NCBI RefSeq assembly: GCF_006345805.1
Contig: NC_042998.1
Location: 74,090,001 to 74,154,000, forward strand
Reading direction: 5' to 3'
Length of the DNA: 64,000 nucleotides
Origin: Octopus sinensis
Lineage: Eukaryota
A program made the translations under genes and the position numbers. How positions within the stretch are numbered: position 1 is the stretch's first letter; each line of letters begins with the position of its first letter. This document shows, one piece after another, positions 55,429-64,000 of this stretch. The notes beneath the pieces were generated by a model that was not told the origin of the DNA, searched no databases, and was given only the letters and a program-made list of their open reading frames with translations.

Positions 55429-55916
55429 TATAATAATAATAATAAAGCTGAAATGAAGATCAAATGTTTAATTGGCAAAAAGATTACCTTCCCCTAGTAT
55501 AACAATATCTGTTTCAGTACACGTTTTCACATCAAGAATCTTACAAAACAAATACACAAACATGAGTTGTACAGAATGTCTTGTGGGAATTATCACTGGT
55601 ATAGAACTGGATATCAATTACACATGTGTATATATGATGTTTTATTACACTTGATTGTGATTATGTAGAATATGAGATATATTATAATAATATTATGTGT
55701 TATTTGTTATGTTAGTGGTGTTTATTTCATGTATGTTGTGTGTCTGGTGTTAAATATTTCAATATCAGAGATGATTGTGTAGAATTCTATGTTTGCTTGG
55801 GTCATATTCTTGGGTGGTTATTGTATAGGGTGTGTACTGTATCATATAAGATATGGTTGGCAACTGTGTAGAACTTGAGTTGTGTAGGCTGTTGGTATCA
55901 CAGTAATCAGTGTCTA

Positions 55917-55954
<38 letters not shown>

Positions 55955-56568
55955 GATATCATCATCATCATCATCATTCCAGCCAGTTGTTTTGGATAAG
56001 ACTGAACAGCCAGAGACAATGTGGTTAATTGTTTCTTCCCAACCTTCACATATTTCTTAAGTTATCTTTGTATTCAGGTTTTATTTATATATTTATCTCA
56101 TTTGTTTTGTTTTTTTAATTTTTATTCTTAATATATTTTTTTATTCTAGGTTTTATTTATCTATTTATTTATTTATTTATTTATTTATTTCTGTTTTAAG
56201 TTTCTGCTGGGAAGACTTTTGCTGTTGTGTGCCATGATAAAATATCATTCAGTCTCTGAGTCCTGCTCTTCTCAGCCACTACATGTGACATTTCTTTTTT
56301 TCTTGCTTTCTGCTTTTCTTCAATCTTCAATCTTCAACCATGTTAGAGAGGCTTTTTCTTGACATTTTTGTAATCCCATTTTCTCTTTAGTTTTTAGTGT
56401 TTTCATAATTTCTGTTGTTATTTCTTATAACTCTACATGACTGTCTGCCATTTCAACCTCTCATACATATTTCCTTCAAAGAAGAAACAAATCCGTTGCA
56501 CATCATTATGTCATTGTATTGCATTTTATTGTTCAGTTGTTCTCTCAATGTTGCCATTGTTGTTGTTG

Positions 56569-56607
<39 letters not shown>

Positions 56608-56720
56608 GGGTGATGAGTCAACAGAATTGTTAGCACACCATAGAAAAATGCTTAACAGCATTTTTTTTTTCTGGTTTTACTTTCTAATTCCTGTGTGTTC
56701 TTGTGCAACCACAGCAGAGT

Positions 56721-56910
56721 GGAGGCGCACTGGCCCAGTGGTTAGGGCAGCGGACTCGCGGTTGTAAGGACATGGTTTTGATTCCCAGACTGGGCATTGT
56801 GAGTGTTTATTGACCAAAAACACCTAAGCTCCACAAGGCTCCAGCAGGGAGGTGGTGGTGAACCGCGCTGTACTCTTTCACTGCATCTTTCTCTCACTCT
56901 TTCTTCCTAC
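56721..56910 (+). mobile_element. SINE family C, 5' half
   Basis: tggcccagtggttagggcagcggactcgcgg head, as at 57644. Confidence 0.8.
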
Positions 56911-57384
56911 CTCTGCCACAAAGCAGAGGAACCATGGTGTAACCCACTATGGTGTGGTAAACTTTCAGACCCCAGTCTAGATTGCGAATCCTCTGTACCC
57001 CAGGATGGTTCAGCTCTCCACCCATTAAAAGCTACCGTTTATGGAATGAGGATAACAACATAGCTTTCACACCCGTGCAACTGCCAGTCTATCGCGAGTA
57101 GTGAGTGGATCTTCAAGTTGCCGCACGCATTCTTTGTAGCTTAGAGTAGGCTTGAATTAGAGATTATTCTTTGTGGCTAATGGTGTGAGCCCTGATTGGA
57201 AGAAGAAGAAGAAGAAGAAGAAGAAGAAGAAGAAGAAGAAGAAGAAGAATTACCATCATCATCATCATCATCATCATTATTATTATAGGTACCAAGAATC
57301 ATCAGTGAGGAAATAAGCCAGAGTGAAAGTCAGAAGAATGGTTCAAAATTTTGGCGATAGAAATAGGAATATATGAACTGATTC

Positions 57385-57546
57385 TTTTTGCAGAAGATCA
57401 ATACAGAGCAACAAACAACTACAAAATTATGATCATGGTAAAAGATACTCACATCAAGTGTTGGATTATACAATCAATATAATGAAATGATTGACCACAT
57501 CAACTCTGGCTGCCCATTCTTTGCCAAGTCTGAAGATATTCTACAC
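57385..57546 (+). pseudogene. Older R4/Dong-like fragment covering the CCHC region
   Basis: AEDQYRATNNYK..KC....NEMIDHINSGCPFFAKSE resembles QDQ..TRNY..KCR.C...ETIDHI.SGCP.LAK.EY. Confidence 0.6.
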
Positions 57547-57643
57547 TGCATTCCACACCATCATCTCCCACCCCAATAATGTAACACAACATATACAGCA
57601 CACATTCTATACTATCACATCACAATACATATAATGCCAACTT

Positions 57644-58029
57644 GGAGACGCAATGGCCCAGTGGTTAGGGCAGCGGACTCGCGGTCATAGGATCGCGGTT
57701 TCGATTCCCAGACCGGGCGTTGTGAGTGTTTATTGAGTGAAAACACCTAAAGCTCCACGAGGCTCCGGCAGGGGATGGTGGTGATCCCTGCTGTACTCTT
57801 TCACCACAACTTTCTCTCACTCTTACTTCCTGTTTCTGTTGTACCTGTATTTCAAAGGGCCGGCCTTGTCACTCTCTGTGTCACGCTGAATGTCCCCGAG
57901 AACTACGTTAGGGGTGCACGTGTCTGTGGAGTGCTCGGCCACTTACACGTTAATTTCACGAGCGGGCTGTTCCGTTGATTCGGATCAACCGGAACCCTCG
58001 TCGTCGTAACCGACAGAGTGCTTCCATCC
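57644..58029 (+). mobile_element. SINE family C (tRNA-derived), full length and young
   Basis: A box tggcccagtgg, B box gtttcgattcc; TSD aatgccaactt at 57633-57643 and 58030-58040; decayed 3' piece also at about 23460-23548. Confidence 0.92.
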
Positions 58030-58169
58030 AATGCCAACTTAGAATGAAGAATTTCTGGAGATGTGAATGACTGAAGAAGTCTGCTCATAATAAATGATGG
58101 GATGATGGAAATTTTAGGATATCACAAAAATAACAGAAAAGAAAAATAACAAGCAGCCATACTTAGATG

Positions 58170-58455
58170 CAAGCATGGGTTATGTGGTTAAGAAGGTCAC
58201 TTTACAACCACATGATTTCAGGTTGTTCCTCTGTATAGTACCTTGGGCTGTGTCTTCAACTATAGCCCAAGACTGACCAGTGTCTTGTGAACAAGTCCAG
58301 TAGATGTGTGTGTGTATTTCTCAACCACATGGTTCTGGGTTCAGTCCCACTTTGTGGCACCTTGAGCAAGTATCTTCTACTATAGCTAGCCTCAAGCCGA
58401 CCAAAGCCTTGTGAGTGGATTTGGTAAATAGAAACTGAAAGAAGCCTGTCGTATA

Positions 58456-58503
<48 letters not shown>

Positions 58504-58678
58504 TATGTATATGTATACATATGTATGTTGGTGTGTTTACATCCCCATCACTTAATGGTTTGTCAAAAAGAGACCAATAGATTAAGTACTAGGCTTACAA
58601 AGAATAAGTCTTGGAGTCAGTTTGTTCAACCCCAGCATGGCCGCAGTTAGACAACTGAAATGAGTAAAAGAATAAAAG
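58170..58678 (+). mobile_element. SINE family B, duplicated head plus body
   Basis: caaccacatggttctgggttcagtcccac..caccttgagcaag..gtgagtggatttggta..aactgaaagaagcc. Confidence 0.8.
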
Positions 58679-58733
58679 AAAACAAACGAACAATTGTATT
58701 AGTATGGTGCTCAGGAAATATAAATAAAACAAG

Positions 58734-58771
58734 TCTTTAACGTTTCGAGCCTACGCTCTTCAACAGAAAGA
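58734..58771 (-). ncRNA. Minimal hammerhead-like motif at the Penelope 3' terminus (A6U variant)
   Basis: UCUUU [CUGUUGA] A-GAGC-GUAG-GCUC [GAAA] CG [UU] AAAGA. Confidence 0.55.
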
Positions 58772-59605
58772 TACACAGAGAAAAAAAACACAGAAAGAAG
58801 GAGAGAAAAAAATGCGTGCAGTAGCTAACGAATCAACATGGCGATCTGATTTCGGCCAGAGGTCAAAGATCAAACATGAGACGCGAGAGCGAAATAAGGA
58901 GAGATAATAGGGTTGAAGGACCAGCTAATAGTGCATAGGAGGGGTCTGGACGTGTGTATGTATAGGGTTGGTGTATGTATTAGTATGTATAAGGGTGTGT
59001 GTGTGTGTGTGTGTGTGAGAGAGTATTAGTGCGTAGGATTGGTCTGGACGTGCGTATGTATGGGGTTGGTGTATGTATTAGTATGTATTAGTATGTATTA
59101 ATACGTATTAGTATGTATAAGTGTGTGTGTATGAGAGAGTGTAAGTGCGTATGAGGGGTCTGGACGTGTGTATGTATAGGGTTGGTGTATGTATTAGTAT
59201 GTATTAGTATGTATTAGTACGTATTAGTATGTATTAGTTGGTGTATGTATTAGTATGGCACATCATATATGATGTGATGTGTAAAGTTGTGTGGTGTAGT
59301 AGTGAGGAGAAGAGGGGGGAGGATGGGGGGAAGGGGAGGGGAAGGAGAGGTGGAAGAGGAGAGGAGGGGAGAAGGAAGGGGAGGAGGGGGGAGGAAGGAG
59401 GAAAGAGGGAGAGGGGGAGAGAGAGGGGGAGAGAGAGGGGGAGAGAGAAGGGGAGAGAGGGAGTGAGGGAGCAGAGGGAAGGGGAAGAGGGAAGGAGGGA
59501 GGGAGAAAGAGGGAAGAAGGGAAGGGGAGTAGGGGTGAAAGGATGAAGGACTGAAGAAGTAGGGGTCGGGGGGGAAAGGATAGGTGAGGCGGGGGGAGAG
59601 GGGGG

Positions 59606-60395
59606 TTAGATGAGGAGGGGGGGAGAGTTGAGACCAAATGGCGTATAAGAGCGAAGAGAGAAGATTAATTCCTGTTCACGACGCAAACGGGAATCCGGAT
59701 GGCCTCTGTGTAAGGACAAACCGAACACAGATAGGTGTTGCAAGGAGTGACCGGTGGAGCGGAAATGGTGTGAGACCGGTGTGTCGTTCGCAAGGTGGAT
59801 GTCACGAAGGTGTTCCGCGAACCGGTCAGCCAAGCGGCGTCCCGTTTGTCCGATGTACAAGGAATTGCAGAGAGAGCAAGAGATGCAATAGATAATATTG
59901 CTGGAGGTGCAGGTGAAGGAGTGGATGATGGGATAGGGTCGATGGTGGGTGCTAGTGAGGCGGGTGGTGTTGGAGAGGTAAGGGCAAGTGCGGCAACGTG
60001 GGCGGGAGCAGGGGAACAAGCCGGTTGGGAGGTAGGGTCAGGGAAGGAGCTATGGACCAAAAGGTCTCGAAGGTTGTGGGCTCGTTTGAAAGAGGGGAGG
60101 GGTCGGTTAGGGAAGAGGTGTGAAGTGGACGGGTCGGACTGGAGATGACGGAAAGCTCGAAGAATGGTGCGTTGGAGACGTAGGGTCGTGGGGTGGTAAG
60201 TGAGGGGAAAAGGGAGGCGGGAGACTACAGGGCGGGTTCGGGGAGAGAGAGCAGATACACGGTCCACGGACCGTGCTCTGGCAAGGGTGGTGTGGATAGT
60301 GGTGAGGGGGTATCCACGTAGGGTGAAGTGGTGAGCCATACGTTGAGACTGAGTCTCAAAGTCATGGTCGTCACTACAGAGCCTACGTAGACGGC
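59606..60395 (-). pseudogene. Penelope-like GIY-YIG endonuclease ORF end with one frameshift
   Basis: RLRRLCS..RGYP..LTYHP..NLRDLLVHS, then PCSRPRCRTC..CTSSNIIYCISCSLCNSLYIGQTGRRLADRFAEH..VSHHF..REQELI..PFGLN. Confidence 0.92.
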
Positions 60396-60668
60396 TATAT
60401 ATATACATATATACATACATATATATATATATGCTCAATTGTTAGAGCATCAGGCTCTCAACCATGAGGTAGTAGCTTCAATTCCCAGACTGGGCTGTGT
60501 ATTGTGTTTTTGAGCAAAATACTTTATTTCACATTGCTCCAGTTCACTCAGCTGTAGAAATGAGTTGTAAAATCAATAGTTTAGGTTGTTAGCTGTGTAG
60601 CTTCCTCATGGTAAGTGGCAAAATGAATTTTGTATGTGAATAGTTATTTGTGTATGTACTCTGTAATA

Positions 60669-60830
60669 TACATTATTTACATTCGACAGATATTTGTCCT
60701 GATCTTGTTAGTTGTTAACACAACGCTTTGACTGATATACCCTCCAGCCTTCTTCAGGTGTCTTGGCGAAATTTCGAACTTGGATTCTCATTCCTAAGGT
60801 ATTTTTCGATGTTGTTGTTATTATTATTAA

Positions 60831-60874
<44 letters not shown>

Positions 60875-61099
60875 TATTATTATTATTATCATTATTATCA
60901 TTATTATTATTATTGCTATTGTTATTGTTCACGTCAATGCTTGGAATCAAACTCGGAATCTTGGGGTTAGTAGCCTGTGCTCTTAACCAATATGCCATAT
61001 GCCCACGGAGGGTATATCAGCCGAAACGTTGTGTTAACAACAAACAAGATGAGGACAAATATCCGTCGAATGTAAATAATGTAAATAATGTAAATAATG
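60669..61099 (-). mobile_element. tRNA-headed element with hammerhead-bearing tail and an inverted partial tail copy
   Basis: Minus-strand head about 61006-60938 (tggcatattgg; gagtttgattcc), (AAT)n, hammerhead 60762-60717; 61007-61085 is an inverted copy of about 60669-60745. Confidence 0.75.
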
Positions 61100-61979
61100 C
61101 CCTATATACAGTTCTATATAAATCTCTTCTCTTAAATATAGAACTGTACTCTGTTATAGTTTGTTAAGTTGGTTTGTACTTTTGTATGAAAGTATTTTCT
61201 TTGTTTAACCATGGACCATTCACTGAACAAAGGTAGAGTAAGAAGACCTGGAATTTGGGTGACTTATTATGTGTACATGTGTCTATGTGTCCACTCAGTG
61301 GAATCTGTCTAATACTGAGGTCACATATTTGTTGTTGGAGAATGGTCAGTCTATTTCTTAAAGTAAAGCTTTGCTTAACCTATGTAATCTTCATTGCATC
61401 TTTGACATTTGATATTTGATACAAGTGACTCCTGTGGACTGTCTCACCAGACAGATTAAATTTGAAGTGCCTTGATTATAACTAAACATTCTCACCCTTC
61501 TTTTTAGGCTCAAATATACTGTCATGTGACACTAACATATGGATGTAGCAGGAAATCTACAAAAAGTTTTAAACTCAATCATGTGTTTATTCTCTACAAA
61601 CATTTGACAGAAAACATTCAGAGCATTGATTGTTTGTACATGTTCAGTCAACCATATCAGCCTTAACTTAGGATGCCAAACATTGTCACTTGATAATAAC
61701 ACACAGGCAGCAGGGAACTTACAACAATTTCTAAGAACACTCATGTGACTACCAGTCAAATCCTATTCAAAACATATAATAATTTGAACCATGAACTCCT
61801 TATAAAAATAGGACAAGCTTCAAACACTAGGCAGAAGCAAAACAGCTGTGACATAAGCCATGTTTTTCTATTTGCACTTTTTGAAAATTGGGTAAACTGT
61901 GAAACTGATTAAAGCTTTAAATATATTAATAAAAAAGTATTTTAACGCTTCTCAATATATTTTTCCTATACATATATTC

Positions 61980-62376
61980 TCTCTTTACTCTTTTACATGT
62001 TTCAGTCGTTTGACTGTGGCCATGCTGGAGCACCGCCTTTAGACAAGAAAATCGACCCAGGACTTATTCTTTGAAAGCCTAGTACTTATTCTATCGGTCT
62101 CTTTTGCCGAACTGCTAAGTTACAGAGATGCAACCACACCAGCATCGGTTGTCAAGCGATGATGGTGGGGACAAACACAGACACACAAACACACATACAT
62201 ACATATATATATACAAATATACGACGGGCTTCTTTCAGTTTCCATCTATCAAATCCACTCACAAGGCTTTGGTTGGCCTGAGGCAATAGTAGAAGACACT
62301 TGCCCAAGGTGCCACTCAGTGGGACTGAACCTGGAACCATGTGGTTGGTAAGCAAGCTACTTACCACACAGCCAAT

Positions 62377-62378
<2 letters not shown>
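61980..62378 (-). mobile_element. SINE family B, near full length
   Basis: Complete reverse-complement consensus from ggctgtgtggtaagtagcttgc to the gtaaaagag tail; fragments also at about 337-455, 17185-17245 and 22150-22380. Confidence 0.88.
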
Positions 62379-62420
<42 letters not shown>

Positions 62421-62921
62421 CACATATATGTATGTATATATGTATGTATGTATGCATGTATGTATGTATGTACCTATGTATGTGAGTGTTTGTATCTGTA
62501 TGTGACAGTTGTAAATGATTGTCACTGTCATACAAACAATGTCATCCATTTCCAATAGTCTGCAAAAATATGTCTGGCGATGGGGAAATATCACCTGGCT
62601 TGGAATCAGGTAAGGGCTGGTGACAAGAAGGGCATCTGGTCATGGAAAAACTTGTCCCAATACACACATGCTTCAAAAAGTGGATGTTAAATGATGATGA
62701 TGATGGCCAAGGGAAAGGCATCTCCAGTGAGTTAACTTAGGAAGAGTACCCAGCCATAGAAACCATACCAAAAGAGGCAATGAAACCTGGTGTGACTCCT
62801 GGCCTTTCTAACTCCTGTCAAACCATCCAGCCCATGCCAGAATGGAAAATGAACATTAAATGATGATGATGATGATGATGATGATGATGCTAAATATGTA
62901 TGCATATATTCTACATATATT

Positions 62922-62975
<54 letters not shown>

Positions 62976-63118
62976 TATATATATATATGCTTGTGTGTAT
63001 GTATATGTGTACATATGCACGTATGTTTATGTCTGTGTGTGTGCGTGCATGTGTGTGTGCATGCATGTGTGTGTGCATGCATGTGTGTGTGTGTCTCTCT
63101 CTCTATATATATATATAT

Positions 63119-63151
<33 letters not shown>

Positions 63152-63781
63152 TATGTGTGTGTGTGTGTGGTGTATGCACATGTACCAAAATGTAACTATC
63201 TTACATAACAAATAAGCAATTTTGTGTCACTACGACTTCCTGATGCAGTAATAAATACATTTTAATCCCTCAAAGTCACTATCAAGGACAAACATTGATG
63301 ATATCTCATTGATGCCCCACAGATCAAACCTACCTAATCAAGGCCGGAAAAAACAGCCCTAAAAGGCCAGCTGCTTGGCTAGTGAAATACTGCTTGCATA
63401 TCTGTGATTGTGTTACATTTATATGCAAACATTCAGTATCCTATCCAAGATTGGATCATTCTGCTTTAAATGTTGGTTCACAGAGATGCTATTTTTTTAT
63501 ATATGTATATATATATCGTAATAGTATTACAATGGTTTATGTTCCTCTCAACTAGTAAACTATCAAGAATGTTTCGAAATCTCATTTGTAATGTATTATA
63601 TTGCTATGAATGTGATAACAGGTCTGATATATTTTTATTTTTACTACTTTTTTACATCTTCCCCAGAAACCATGAAATGTCAAACTAAACAGAAGAAATA
63701 AACAATAGCATCTGTAATACCTATTTATCTATCTATCTATCTATCTATCAGTCTGTTTGTCAGTATGTATGCATATGTATG

Positions 63782-63852
<71 letters not shown>

Positions 63853-63857
63853 ATGTA

Positions 63858-63918
<61 letters not shown>

Positions 63919-64000
63919 ATACTCGGAGGATAAGAAACGGAACATAGTGAAGAATTGAACGAACCCGACGCGAAGCGCTGTCAGACAATAGTGTAATAAA

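Larger units (their letters stand above)
58680..60395 (-). mobile_element. 5'-truncated Penelope-like element (thumb/linker, GIY-YIG endonuclease, long 3' region)
   Basis: Coding relic 59606-60395, then polypyrimidine tract, subrepeats and terminal hammerhead-like motif; 5' end abuts (TA)n. Confidence 0.88.

Noticed and set aside
57644-57720. tRNA gene
   Set aside because: Continues into a SINE body with TSD; no proper acceptor stem or terminator
61495-61763. Exon candidates on either strand
   Set aside because: Splice-like signals exist but frames do not join and the peptides are unrecognisable

Overview
AT-rich, microsatellite-dense animal genomic DNA. The SINE families and the (TA)n/(CA)n/(TAA)n/(TGA)n/(TAGA)n load suggest an octopus or other coleoid cephalopod (inference). 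I could not support any intact host protein-coding exon, and almost all ORF-track entries are microsatellite or SINE read-through. The window is a transposon graveyard: at least three tRNA-type SINE families, a (TGA)n-tailed RTE-like family with a young tandem array, CR1 LINE fragments, an ORF1/gag zinc-knuckle relic, R4/Dong-type endonuclease ends in (TAA)n, a Penelope-like GIY-YIG element, Helitron, Tc1/mariner and hAT fossils, and piggyBac, hAT and Helentron-type MITEs. The main unexpected signal is a set of type I hammerhead-ribozyme motifs read by eye. The best is inside a 359-bp terminally redundant, highly structured, non-coding unit (9743-10151) that looks like a retrozyme and has a compensatory U3:A8 core pair. 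Another lies in a tRNA-headed element with a Penelope-like hammerhead tail (60669-61099). There is also a switch from CpG-retaining to CpG-depleted DNA near 16.3 kb, consistent with an unseen methylated gene body. All folds and alignments were done by eye and need computational confirmation.
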